Virus record (IMG/VR): IMGVR_UViG_3300027749_000042
Strand: one strand, 5' to 3'
From: a virus
Length of the DNA: 64,000 nucleotides
Made by a program: the position numbers and the translations under genes. The notes under the pieces are model-generated. The model worked only from the letters and a program-made list of their open reading frames with translations, was not told where the DNA came from and made no database searches. Positions within the stretch are counted from its first letter, which is position 1, and the number at the start of each line of letters is the position of its first letter. Of the stretch, positions 53,161 to 63,134 are shown piece by piece.

Positions 53161-53867
53161 TAAAAAAAATCAGACAGGCCCTCCAACGTCACGGTATCTT
53201 CTTGCCCACAGCCACGGCACTTATAACTAAACGAATGCTTTAGCTTTGGAATCGTTTGAATGAACTGCATTACCTTAGCAAACTGGACGCTATTGAGGCC
53301 TTCAATAAACTGAATTGAATCAGCCAAATTATCCGGTTCGTAAACTTCTTCCGAGTCATATACCGACATAATACATTTAGCCAGCATCTCAATTTCATCG
53401 TCGCCTTGTGTAATTTGTTTAATATCACTGATGGTAGGATATCTCATTTCCATACCAAGAACACCATCAAGATCAATTCTGCTTGAGTGGCTATCACTTT
53501 TTTGGACCTTCACTTCTTCAAGATTGATATCAACTGGTGTAACAGCTTCACATGCAATGCCAGCGTAATTTACACCGCCAGTGTGGCGATATTCCATCTT
53601 GACAATTTCACCAATCGACTTCGCTCTAATATTGAGAAAGATATATTCAAGGTCAAAATATGGTAGCTTATCCACATTGATATCGCTCGTCACACAGGCT
53701 GCGATAACATCTTTCACAGCGTCAATCATAGAATTTTGGTCTTCAGCAGATGCAGCCATAAGCAACATCTTTTCCTCTTTCACAACAAACGGTCTAAAAT
53801 TAATTCTCTGCCCATTTGATGGTAGTTCTAATCCAAATTTTGGTGTAGCCAATTTTGGTAGTGCCAT
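53160..53867 (-). CDS. Baseplate hub subunit gp26-like
   Basis: MALPK...RPF.VKEEK.LL.A, FDLEYIFL.IRAKSIGE, CxxC...LEGL.DFF. Confidence 0.9.
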   Translation of the reverse strand: MALPKLATPKFGLELPSNGQRINFRPFVVKEEKMLLMAASAEDQNSMIDAVKDVIAACVTSDINVDKLPYFDLEYIFLNIRAKSIGEIVKMEYRHTGGVNYAGIACEAVTPVDINLEEVKVQKSDSHSSRIDLDGVLGMEMRYPTISDIKQITQGDDEIEMLAKCIMSVYDSEEVYEPDNLADSIQFIEGLNSVQFAKVMQFIQTIPKLKHSFSYKCRGCGQEDTVTLEGLSDFF

Positions 53868-53887
53868 AATTTACCTCACTTATGATA

Positions 53888-54619
53888 TTAAAAAAATCCA
53901 TATGCAGAACGCGCATCTTGATTGAATGCATTATTATTTTTAAATGATCTATTAGCTTCAATAGATGTGCGATATCTCATTTCAACTTGAAGCTTTGCAT
54001 ATCCTTCATCACCCCATGACATAGCAATATCATTTACAGTGCTTGGGTAAGCTTCTAGAAATCTAATTTGATTTTGAATGACAGCGTCCGGTTGATCTTG
54101 CATTGTAAGCGCAGGATTACCTAATCCAGTCCCAGGTGTTTGATTGAGTGCTGGGCTACCTGCTACCCTAGGGCTCTGTGTTGGAAATTGTTGAGGTGTT
54201 GGTTGTGAATATTGCCAAATTTCAAATTCTCCAATACCATCATCATAATATTTTGAATCAAACATACCTGGTACAATAGCTGTATTATAATTGGTACGAT
54301 TATGCCCAACAAAATAATCTTGCCACTTCATAAATGCTTCGCGCTCGCGCATGTCACGCGAGAGAATAACTGTGAAAGTAACTGGTTGGTGTGTAAAACG
54401 ATATGGCATTGCGCGAACAGGACCATGATACTGTTGATCCAGAGTTGTCAATGTACGCCCCGGTAAATTAACTGCTTCGATACGAAAGCGCATACCTTGA
54501 TCTAAACCAGGTAAACCGCGTCCACCTGGACCTCGTGTTATAACAGCTTCAAAGTGTGAAGGTGCTGCGATACCTGTTCTAGATATTTCCGAGTTGAAAT
54601 CTGCTATATTGAATGGCAT
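53888..54619 (-). CDS. Tail tube / tube initiator (gp19/gp54-like)
   Basis: EAVNLPGR...PY, F.KWQ, YYDD, EAYP. Confidence 0.8.
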   Translation of the reverse strand: MPFNIADFNSEISRTGIAAPSHFEAVITRGPGGRGLPGLDQGMRFRIEAVNLPGRTLTTLDQQYHGPVRAMPYRFTHQPVTFTVILSRDMREREAFMKWQDYFVGHNRTNYNTAIVPGMFDSKYYDDGIGEFEIWQYSQPTPQQFPTQSPRVAGSPALNQTPGTGLGNPALTMQDQPDAVIQNQIRFLEAYPSTVNDIAMSWGDEGYAKLQVEMRYRTSIEANRSFKNNNAFNQDARSAYGFF

Positions 54620-54621
54620 GG

Positions 54622-55224
54622 TTAAATCCTATTGCGACTGTCTTTGTAGACAACATTTTTACTTGCTCCGACAAATCTATCAAGCGGAAGAAACAAAGCC
54701 ATATCCCACTCTGTAGGTTCAATATAGAAAAATTTAGATTGCACATGCGAGATCAAGTAACGCTTGACACATGGCTTAAAGAAACGATAGCGCGATGCTT
54801 GGCTAAGGATGTCATAAGATATCTTTAGCTTTGTCTTATCGTCAAATGTTTTTGAAGATGCTACATTGTACAGCGCATCCATCAGTTTAGCTCGCAGAAC
54901 CGGTGGTAGATAGTGAAGATTCAAACCAAGAAACGAACCACCAGATGATGCAGTACCACCAGTCTTGCCACCAGTGCCAATAGGAATCACAAGTGGATAC
55001 CTATCATAATACGGTAGTTTGTTTTTAGTCTTTGGATCGTAGCGGAACAGATACATGCGACCGATCAAAGGTATGTTTGTTAATCTGTTTGCTTGACTGC
55101 GAAGCATCAAAGCTGGATTGGCATTGACAGCCTGTGCTTGCTTACGGAACCATGCACGAGAGTCGCGCTTAACGCCAGCACTCTCAGCTTTATGGATCAA
55201 ACTATCGAAGATGTATGCGACCAT
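54622..55224 (-). CDS. DNA end protector gp2
   Basis: YDPKTK.KLPYYD.YPL, GLNLHYL, KPCVKRYL..HV. Confidence 0.93.
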   Translation of the reverse strand: MVAYIFDSLIHKAESAGVKRDSRAWFRKQAQAVNANPALMLRSQANRLTNIPLIGRMYLFRYDPKTKNKLPYYDRYPLVIPIGTGGKTGGTASSGGSFLGLNLHYLPPVLRAKLMDALYNVASSKTFDDKTKLKISYDILSQASRYRFFKPCVKRYLISHVQSKFFYIEPTEWDMALFLPLDRFVGASKNVVYKDSRNRI

Positions 55225-55670
55225 TAAAGACCGAGTTCCTTTTCTGTAAGCACTACGAATTGCCAGTTGCGGTCAGCACAATATTCCTTTGCAGCTTCCC
55301 ATTTGCTACTATTTATGCCCCAAGTCATCACTTCTTTCAAGTATTTCTTACTTGGCTTTGATGCGCTTTTCTTGATAGTAGGCGGCACAGATTGAGCTTT
55401 TGGTTTTACCTCTAGCATCTTCACGCTAACTTTTCCATCTCTATCGCGCATCTTCACAACAAAGTCTGGAAAGTATCGGTGCCATTTGCCATCTATTGGA
55501 GACTTGTATGGAATCGCAAGCTCTTCTGATGCCCACTGAATAATATTAGGATTACTATCAAGATAACCCATCACGCGCAATTCCCACGATGATCGGTAAA
55601 CAATCTTAGTAGGATCACCTTTATATTTCTGAGGGTTCTTTGGCGTAAAACGCCCACTGTAAGCTTTCAT
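55224..55670 (-). CDS. Head completion nuclease gp4
   Basis: P.NP.KYKGD, YRSSWE, W.SEE..IPY, HRYFPDF, EVKP, KWEAA. Confidence 0.95.
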   Translation of the reverse strand: MKAYSGRFTPKNPQKYKGDPTKIVYRSSWELRVMGYLDSNPNIIQWASEELAIPYKSPIDGKWHRYFPDFVVKMRDRDGKVSVKMLEVKPKAQSVPPTIKKSASKPSKKYLKEVMTWGINSSKWEAAKEYCADRNWQFVVLTEKELGL

Positions 55671-55687
55671 GCACTCTATGTATTGCG

Positions 55688-55695
55688 TATAAATA
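55688..55695 (+). promoter_or_regulatory. Late promoter
   Basis: TATAAATA upstream of gp48. Confidence 0.75.
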
Positions 55696-55719
55696 GACTC
55701 AGTTAGGAGATAACAAAAT

Positions 55720-56877
55720 ATGCCACCAGACGATAACGCATCAGGAGTTGCTATAGCAAGAGCGCAAGCAGGTGCACCACCGGTTCAAGCAGCCGCCCGC
55801 GCACCTGGGCTTACTTCTATAAATCAATCAATGCTTGGTAGCACTGGTGGTGATCCTTTTAAAGGCGACATCAACACGTTTCCTAGAGACCTAACCATGA
55901 ATAATAATTGGGTCGAGTTTGTTGCTAAGCCTACAAAAGGTGCAGCCGAAGATTTTATCGGTGGTTTTCTTGGTGGCATATCATCTGTCGTTGGAACTGG
56001 TGGAACAATTCGTCTTCCATTACCAGCTAACCTTTCAACCGATTACAACCCATCATATACCACACCAGATTTGAGTTTAGGCGTAGGCTCAGCACTCAAA
56101 GCTTTTGACCGTGGAATTTATAACAACCAAGATATCCCAGGGCAAGCAGCAACTGGTGCATCATTAGCTGGAGCAGGAATATCAGCTGGTGCAGCACTAG
56201 CTGCAAAAACTGGTGCAGGAGCTGGATTAACTGCTGCTGGTGCAGCATTAGGTGTAGGCGGGAATGAACTAGCCGCTGCACTCAAAGTTTTTGGTGGCGT
56301 CGCACAAAATCCACACAAGATCGTACTATTTACTGGCGTTGATTTTCGTGACCATACGTTTAGTTGGAAACTATCTCCACGCAATCGAGAAGAGTCGGAT
56401 AGTATTCGCCGAATAATTGAAATGTTTGTTTACTACTCGCACCCTGAATTTGTTGCTGGTGGTTTATTCTTCAAGTATCCAGAATTTTTTGAAATTAAAT
56501 TTGCCAGAGACTCGTACCTGTTTAGATTGAGACCATCCGTATGCACAGACATTAAGGTTGATTACCATTCGCAAGGCTATGCTGCGTATATCCGCGATGC
56601 TGATGGTAGTGGTGAACCTGCACCAGCTGAAGTTTCGTTATCATTGACATTTAAAGAGACTGAAGTTATTTCTAAGCAATACTTAAATCCGTCACCAGTG
56701 GCTCCAGCGGCTGTAAGAGAACCGCCATATGTAAATCCGCAGCCAAGAGGCACAATGGCTCGTCCAGATGCTGGTGGTAATGCTGTTGACCGCGCACAAC
56801 CACCAGTGCCTTTAGATCAACAACCTCGTATACGAGTTCCAACTACAGGCAGTAATCCAGTTTTGCCAAACTTTTAA
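55720..56877 (+). CDS. Baseplate tail-tube cap gp48-like
   Basis: NP....LF.GV.FR...F.W.L.PRN..ES..I, L.LTFKE.E. Confidence 0.88.
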   Translation: MPPDDNASGVAIARAQAGAPPVQAAARAPGLTSINQSMLGSTGGDPFKGDINTFPRDLTMNNNWVEFVAKPTKGAAEDFIGGFLGGISSVVGTGGTIRLPLPANLSTDYNPSYTTPDLSLGVGSALKAFDRGIYNNQDIPGQAATGASLAGAGISAGAALAAKTGAGAGLTAAGAALGVGGNELAAALKVFGGVAQNPHKIVLFTGVDFRDHTFSWKLSPRNREESDSIRRIIEMFVYYSHPEFVAGGLFFKYPEFFEIKFARDSYLFRLRPSVCTDIKVDYHSQGYAAYIRDADGSGEPAPAEVSLSLTFKETEVISKQYLNPSPVAPAAVREPPYVNPQPRGTMARPDAGGNAVDRAQPPVPLDQQPRIRVPTTGSNPVLPNF

Positions 56878-56892
56878 TAATAGAAAGTAGCA

Positions 56893-57480
56893 ATGTTTTA
56901 TTTCACACCATTTCCTACTGTTCAATATAAGATACCAAATAGCACGAAGTCGATCCTTGTTACTGATTTGACTCGCCGTTTTGCTTTGTCAAATTTCTTG
57001 AAAAATTCAAATGTTGCTTTTGATACCTATCATGTGAAAGATGGTGAGCGCCCGGATTCTGTTGCATATGATTATTATGGCGATGTAACTATGGATTGGC
57101 TTGTGTTATTGACAAACGAAATTCAAGATCCGTATTTTCAGTGGGTACTATCATATGAAGAAATGAACGCATATTTGATTGACAAATACGGCTCAGTTGA
57201 ATATACACAGATAACAGATCATCACTACGAAAAAATTATTCAGCAAGCATATCTTCAAAATGATTACGGCACACAAAGAATTGTTCCAGAAAAAACTGTT
57301 GTTGTCGATAAGACAACCTATTTGTCATTGACAGCAACCGAACGCAAAGTAAAAACAATCTACGACCACGAGTCGGAATTAAATGAAGAACGCAGAAAAA
57401 TTTATCTAATGGATTTGAATTACCTTCTCATCATTAAAGATCAACACCCAAATATTTTTGATGGAGTCACTGTACGATGA
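56893..57480 (+). CDS. Baseplate wedge protein gp53
   Basis: YF..FP...Y, GERPD.VA..YYG, W.VLL.N...DP...W, NE.RR.I. Confidence 0.93.
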   Translation: MFYFTPFPTVQYKIPNSTKSILVTDLTRRFALSNFLKNSNVAFDTYHVKDGERPDSVAYDYYGDVTMDWLVLLTNEIQDPYFQWVLSYEEMNAYLIDKYGSVEYTQITDHHYEKIIQQAYLQNDYGTQRIVPEKTVVVDKTTYLSLTATERKVKTIYDHESELNEERRKIYLMDLNYLLIIKDQHPNIFDGVTVR

Positions 57481-58739
57481 CAGATCAATCTACGGGTGCT
57501 GGGCTACTTACAACATGCACAATCAATGGCACTGATGTTCGCGCTATTGTAAATCAGGTTGATTATTTTGAAAGTATCTATACCACAAGCACATCTTGCA
57601 ATATCGTCGTCAACGATGCCAGTGGGTTTAGCCAAAACGCAAGCTTGAAAAATGGCGAAGACGTTGAGATTGCGTTTGGTGGGCGTTCGGGATCACAAAT
57701 CAAAATGAAGTTTGAGGTGTCGATTGTTGGTGATCGTATGCGCGTGAAAGATAATCAGGACATGTACACACTCACGGCCGTATCGTCTGAGATGGCTTCG
57801 GATAATACAAAATCAATTGACAAGCCATACAAAGATATGAAGCTATCGGATATGGTCAAGCAGGTTCATGAAATATACACCAAAGATTCTAAGACAATTA
57901 AGAAAGACCTGATTACCAACGAGGAAAGCGAAGGCAAACAAAACTACGTTGGTACTGGACGCAACCCAACAACCGTATTCCGTTGGGCTGGCAAAGAGGC
58001 TAAATCGTCTAAAGCTAAAGCGTCAAATTATGTTTACTACCAAGACAGAGACGGATATCATTTCAAAACAATAGCATCAATGCTCGAAGGTTCTGAATCT
58101 ATGACATTCTCATACGCTATGCAGAATACTGGTTCTGGTGGTGATGCAGCAAAACGCATTATTTCATTCGAACAGAAACAAGATTTTAATGGGCTAGACG
58201 CAAGTGATAGTGGTGCAGAATCTCATCATCAATACATCTACGACCCATTGACAGGAAAAATAGATTCGGTTGCTAATGGTCAGAGAGATGGACAAGATTC
58301 AAAAACACTCAATGGAAAACCTATTATTGCAAAAGATGAGACAAAAGGAGCAACACCTGGCTACAGAGGCAAAAGAGTTGATGTTGCTATTGCTCACGGT
58401 GGTGTAGGTAAAGGTGAAGGAACTGCCAGTAAATTTATTCAAGCTCGTTCCCCAAAAGACGTAGAAAATAAGAGAACTATAGGCGAGCATGGAGCACAAG
58501 CTACAATTGCTAATCAGCTTGAAAATCTTGTGATGAATGTCCTTGTCCCTGGTGATACCTCTATCAAACCCGGAATCAAAGTTAAATTGCAGGTACCAGC
58601 AAGCCAAGAAGGCAACGAATTAGACAACCGCTCTGGTGTGTTTCTCGTAACAAGTGTCCGCCACATCATATATAAAGATGACAAGGATATCAAATACAAT
58701 TGTGTTTTGGAATGCAAATCCGATTCGCATAGTAAATAA
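57477..58739 (+). CDS. Baseplate hub (gp27/late-control-D-like)
   Basis: FESI, Y.YYQ...GYHFK, VPGD....G, SG.FLVT.VRH. Confidence 0.75.
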   Translation: MTDQSTGAGLLTTCTINGTDVRAIVNQVDYFESIYTTSTSCNIVVNDASGFSQNASLKNGEDVEIAFGGRSGSQIKMKFEVSIVGDRMRVKDNQDMYTLTAVSSEMASDNTKSIDKPYKDMKLSDMVKQVHEIYTKDSKTIKKDLITNEESEGKQNYVGTGRNPTTVFRWAGKEAKSSKAKASNYVYYQDRDGYHFKTIASMLEGSESMTFSYAMQNTGSGGDAAKRIISFEQKQDFNGLDASDSGAESHHQYIYDPLTGKIDSVANGQRDGQDSKTLNGKPIIAKDETKGATPGYRGKRVDVAIAHGGVGKGEGTASKFIQARSPKDVENKRTIGEHGAQATIANQLENLVMNVLVPGDTSIKPGIKVKLQVPASQEGNELDNRSGVFLVTSVRHIIYKDDKDIKYNCVLECKSDSHSK

Positions 58740-58751
58740 GGAAACTTAGTC

Positions 58752-59135
58752 GTGGCAGAACCCGGTAGTACATTTGGTAAAAATTTAACATGGTGGGTAG
58801 GCACCGTTGAAGATCGTGGTACTGGGCAGTTCTCTGGTAAAAAAGATGAACTAAAGCTTGGGCGTTTGAAGGTAAGAATTCATGGGCACCACACAGAAGA
58901 CAAAAGCGTTTTACCAACTAAAGAATTGCCATGGTGTGACGTTGCAACACCGATGACATCCGCATCTATCAGTGGCGTTGGGCGCTCACCAACTGGTATC
59001 ACTGAAGGATCAAAGGTATATGGATTTTTTTATGATGGTGAAGGAGCACAGTTTCCAGTGGCAGTTGGTTCATTCCCGCATATTCAACAAAAAGGCGGTT
59101 CAGGTAAAAAGTCACCAGGTTCAGGTAAGTCATAA
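58752..59135 (+). CDS. gp5 N-terminal OB-fold as a stand-alone ORF
   Basis: WWVG.VEDR...LGR.KVRI.G.H...LPW...G..V.GFF.DG...Q.P. Confidence 0.88.
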   Translation: MAEPGSTFGKNLTWWVGTVEDRGTGQFSGKKDELKLGRLKVRIHGHHTEDKSVLPTKELPWCDVATPMTSASISGVGRSPTGITEGSKVYGFFYDGEGAQFPVAVGSFPHIQQKGGSGKKSPGSGKS

Positions 59136-60106
59136 TGGCAATATCACAATCACCATATGCAGATTACTTTATCAAAGTAAATTCTCTATCAACGACAAAT
59201 CCAACACCGATCCTTACTGGTACGGTAAAATTTGACCGTATACAAAATCAAACGATAGAGATAACTGTCAACTATATTACATACAAGTTATTTCAAGGTA
59301 ATCTTGGAATTGATGAGACTGTTACACCTAACGTATGGAAGCTTCACTTCTCTGCACCTTTATATCCAGGGAATTATGACGTAGAAGCTAGAGTGATTGA
59401 CGTTACCAATAATATCATCGTTGTTTCTGATAACGTATACGGCGAACTAACCATTACACGCCCACAACCAGCATCACTTCAAGCTAGGTCTCAAAATCTA
59501 ACGATTCCACAAAAAGTCATGCTTGTTGCTGGTCTATTAGATGCTGTATCTAAACTGCCAGGTTCTGGTGGCAATTCTGGTGTTGGTGGTAACCCATCAG
59601 TTCATCCTGTTGTGGATGATGACTGTACAACATCATTTCCTGGGCGCGCTGACCAAGAACGCGAGGAAGATCCTAGAGTCAAAGATAAAGACACAAGACA
59701 AAAACCAAATAAAATTCCTAAGCCACCTAAATCACACCCGTTTCCTGTTGTTGGTTCTGGTGGTGGTCCACTAGGTGCGCTTGGTGGTTTATTAGGTGCA
59801 GCATTAGGCGGTAAAGCTGGTGGGCTACTAGGTGCTGTTGGTGGTGCATTAGCAGGAAGCGCATTGGGTGGTGTTATTTCTGGTTTAGGTGGAAGTATAC
59901 CAAGCTCATTAGGCGACCTTGCTAAGATGGCTACTGGTGGAACTGTTTTACCTAGTATGGAATCTGCCGCTGGTGATTTAGAAAAAGTTGCTGGTGAACA
60001 AGCTTCGGCGGCTGCCAGAGAAATTCCATTGCCACCAATTAAACCCGCTGATATAGCAGGCAGACAAACAGAAGCTGGCACAGTAATGTCATCATCGGTA
60101 GGATAA
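59135..60106 (+). CDS. Virion protein with Ig-like N-domain and Gly-rich tail
   Basis: TPILTG...W.L....L.PG.YDVEA; GGLLG repeats. Confidence 0.55.
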   Translation: MAISQSPYADYFIKVNSLSTTNPTPILTGTVKFDRIQNQTIEITVNYITYKLFQGNLGIDETVTPNVWKLHFSAPLYPGNYDVEARVIDVTNNIIVVSDNVYGELTITRPQPASLQARSQNLTIPQKVMLVAGLLDAVSKLPGSGGNSGVGGNPSVHPVVDDDCTTSFPGRADQEREEDPRVKDKDTRQKPNKIPKPPKSHPFPVVGSGGGPLGALGGLLGAALGGKAGGLLGAVGGALAGSALGGVISGLGGSIPSSLGDLAKMATGGTVLPSMESAAGDLEKVAGEQASAAAREIPLPPIKPADIAGRQTEAGTVMSSSVG

Positions 60107-60118
60107 GGGGAGTATATT

Positions 60119-61234
60119 ATGGCATTTCAAGATCCAAATGCAGCAGCATTAGCAGCAGGGGCACAACCTGGACAAACTGCTACTGTGACAGATGGCGGTG
60201 TTGCTGGTACACCATTTGAAGTAAAAGCACCAGAATCATCGCCTACAAGTTCACCTGCACCTGCGGGTGGTGGATCAACGGCCGACGAAGCACCGCCTGG
60301 TGGTAAGAGTGCAAAGTATCTAGGTAATCACGTTACTACTACAGAATCCGGTCATAAGATTGAAATTGATAATTCCCCTGGAGATCGTCGCTTACACATT
60401 TATCATGCATCGGGTACGTTCATCGAAATCAAAGACGATGGTATGCGTATCAGCAAAATTGTCGCAAAGGATCAAGAGTATGTGACTGGTGATAAAGATC
60501 AAGTTATTCATGGGAACTTTTTTGTTCATGTTGATGGCGACTATACGATGAAGGTTGAAAAGAAGTTCAAGCTTGAAGTTGGTGATTTTGAACTTATCAG
60601 TCATAAAGATATGAATTTTAAATCAGATGGCAATACGTTACAAGAGCATGGTGGCGATCAGCGCGTACAAGTTAATGGATTTGCTTCTCATCGTGCATCA
60701 AAAGATAGGGACTCTATTACAGGTGGCAATAGCTCAACCCACACATTAGGAAACCATTTCTCAACAACCGTTGGTAATTTTACGAACACCGTTAATGGCG
60801 ACAAATATGAAACGGTTGGCGGTATATTTTATCTTCATGGTAATAAAGATGCGTCGATTAGTTCAGGAAAAGATTTAGCATTGGGTGCTGTAGGTTCTGT
60901 TGGTATCAATGCCGAAACAGGTCAGTTTACAGCAAAATCTATAACAGGGTGCCAGATAGATGACCAAAACTTTATTCAGCTTTTCTCATATGGAGCTGGA
61001 CCAGCATATTTAGGAAACTTTGGTGCTGGTGCAGCGGGTGTGCGAGCCAATGGTGGAGGCAATGCTGGTGTCGTTTCATCAAGTGCCAAAGCTATTCTAT
61101 CAGGTGGAACCAACAATATCGTTAAGTCCGGAACGAGTACCATAATTGAAAGCGGTACCGCGGATACCGTTCCAACAAATACAGGAACATGGATTGGCGT
61201 AGGCGTAGTCAGTTCTATTACAACAGGATCTTAA
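60119..61234 (+). CDS. gp5 C-terminal spike (beta-helix) protein
   Basis: NHV..TESGH.IE.D.SPG..R...H.SGTF.EI; V.G repeats. Confidence 0.85.
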   Translation: MAFQDPNAAALAAGAQPGQTATVTDGGVAGTPFEVKAPESSPTSSPAPAGGGSTADEAPPGGKSAKYLGNHVTTTESGHKIEIDNSPGDRRLHIYHASGTFIEIKDDGMRISKIVAKDQEYVTGDKDQVIHGNFFVHVDGDYTMKVEKKFKLEVGDFELISHKDMNFKSDGNTLQEHGGDQRVQVNGFASHRASKDRDSITGGNSSTHTLGNHFSTTVGNFTNTVNGDKYETVGGIFYLHGNKDASISSGKDLALGAVGSVGINAETGQFTAKSITGCQIDDQNFIQLFSYGAGPAYLGNFGAGAAGVRANGGGNAGVVSSSAKAILSGGTNNIVKSGTSTIIESGTADTVPTNTGTWIGVGVVSSITTGS

Positions 61235-61240
61235 ACTAAA

Positions 61241-63037
61241 ATGGCAGATCAACTCCAATTAGACTACCAGCTAAGAGCCGTTTTAGGGCAGACGATAAAT
61301 CTTGTTGCCGGCACTGAATATGTGATATATGGCACACCGCACAAGTATATGGGTACTGATCTAATTCATCAACAAGCTACAAGATTGATGAACGACCATC
61401 CAGATTTATTCAATGCGTCTGTTGCGCTTGGTATGATGCGCGATCCTCTTGGGTATAGACCTCCACCATTTCAATTATCACCTAATGTTGTCGCTGGTCT
61501 AGCGGCTGCGTCAGCCGTTGGTAAGCTTGCGGATCTAGCAGGAATGGGAAAAGCAATAAGCGATCTTGCTCCTGGTCTTAGTTCTGCGATGGAAGGTTTG
61601 ACAGGGCAAATGGGTTCCTTGATGAAGTCTTTACCGTTTACCAAACTTGGTGCGATTGGTTTGACATTGCCTGGAAACATTCTCGCAACTAAAGCTATAT
61701 TGACAGCCGCAATTGAAGGACCATTTTCAGCGATAGCAATGGCCATGAAAGGTAGTCTACTAGCCGATGTTGTCAAAGCTGCCGAATCTGCTGCTGGTGC
61801 GCTTGGTGCCGCTGTAAACCTTGCAAGTCAAGTCGGTGGTTTGGCTAAAGCTATGAGTTCTGGAAATCCTGTTGCTATGGCAGGTGTGGCTGCTGGGATT
61901 GCATCTCAATTCCCTATGATTAATCCAAATGCAATTGCTGGACAAATGATTTCTGGTGCTTTGTCTGGTGCTGGTTTTGATATCGCATCAAAGATCCCAA
62001 ACATGAGCATGGTAGGCGGAATTATGAACATGCTTCATATACCAGGCAAGCTTCCTACAAAGGATGCACCTAAGCCTATCAAAACTGCTGCACCACCAAA
62101 GCCATTAAAACCAGTCGAGTTAAAGAACCTATTTGCTGAAGGCGCAGCCGCTGGTAGTATTTCAGATTTAACTAAACCATTATCACAACTCATGGGTATT
62201 GCTGCAACGGTTGCGGGTGCTGTTGGTGTCGCAAGCATGGTCGCGCATAGCGCGTCAGCCACATCATCTGGTCGTCAAAAACTAACAGGGAATGCAAATA
62301 CTGTAAACTGGGGATCTAATGGGTATACACGCGATCCATACGTGGATGCTATTACTGCTCGTCGTATGGCTTTATCATCATCAATTGAAAAACACACCAA
62401 AGAACTAAACGTGATGACAGCTGACCCATATAATATTCTTTATTCATTGCCTTATTCAGAATTGGTGCGCCGTTATCCTCAAATTAGACCAAATACTCCT
62501 GTTGCTCAAGCCTTGCAATTTATTAAAACAGCGCAAACAGTTGCATTGTTGGCTGGTATTACCGTTGATATCGTTTCAAGTATTGGATCTTACAATTTTG
62601 AGTCTGGAGGTGTTATAGATAGTGGTGCGGCTAAATCTAGCACCAGCACGACACCAGCATTACTTGATGATGCGTATGGATCTTTGAGAGAACCAACGCT
62701 ACAAGATCGTACAAATCCAGCCACATTCCGTGGTGCACAAGTACCCAACCCACAAGAACCATACGATTCTAGCGCGTCTGCATACAAATATCTTGACGGT
62801 GAATTTGGCAACGAATCAAACTATGCATCAATAAACAAAACTATTGATAGAGGATCTGATCCATATCAGTTAGGTGATGGGTTTAATGACCCACAAGCTT
62901 GGGTTCAGACGGTAGAAGATAAGATTACAGAAGAAGTTGTATCTGGTCCAAATCTACCAGATCCTAATCAAGGTTATGATTATGGGAAACAAGGTGACAA
63001 TAGTGTAGGTGAAGCTTATCCTAATTATAGCGAATGA
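61241..63037 (+). CDS. Ala/Gly-rich putative virion protein
   Basis: 598-aa ORF in the baseplate operon. Confidence 0.6.
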   Translation: MADQLQLDYQLRAVLGQTINLVAGTEYVIYGTPHKYMGTDLIHQQATRLMNDHPDLFNASVALGMMRDPLGYRPPPFQLSPNVVAGLAAASAVGKLADLAGMGKAISDLAPGLSSAMEGLTGQMGSLMKSLPFTKLGAIGLTLPGNILATKAILTAAIEGPFSAIAMAMKGSLLADVVKAAESAAGALGAAVNLASQVGGLAKAMSSGNPVAMAGVAAGIASQFPMINPNAIAGQMISGALSGAGFDIASKIPNMSMVGGIMNMLHIPGKLPTKDAPKPIKTAAPPKPLKPVELKNLFAEGAAAGSISDLTKPLSQLMGIAATVAGAVGVASMVAHSASATSSGRQKLTGNANTVNWGSNGYTRDPYVDAITARRMALSSSIEKHTKELNVMTADPYNILYSLPYSELVRRYPQIRPNTPVAQALQFIKTAQTVALLAGITVDIVSSIGSYNFESGGVIDSGAAKSSTSTTPALLDDAYGSLREPTLQDRTNPATFRGAQVPNPQEPYDSSASAYKYLDGEFGNESNYASINKTIDRGSDPYQLGDGFNDPQAWVQTVEDKITEEVVSGPNLPDPNQGYDYGKQGDNSVGEAYPNYSE

Positions 63038-63064
63038 TAGTATCTGACCGGTTACAACATCCTT

Positions 63065-63093
63065 ATTATACCTTAAAAATAACTAAATGTCAA
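63065..63093 (-). promoter_or_regulatory. Perfect sigma70 promoter, antisense to the baseplate operon
   Basis: Minus strand TTGACA-17nt-TATAAT. Confidence 0.7.
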
Positions 63094-63134
63094 GAGTTTT
63101 TTCGTAATAAATAACAGATAAAGGAAAAAACTTA

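Noticed and set aside
53880-53900. Frameshift at the T-run ending the tube-like gene
   Set aside because: The -1 frame hits TAA within four codons and the +1 frame does not join gp26
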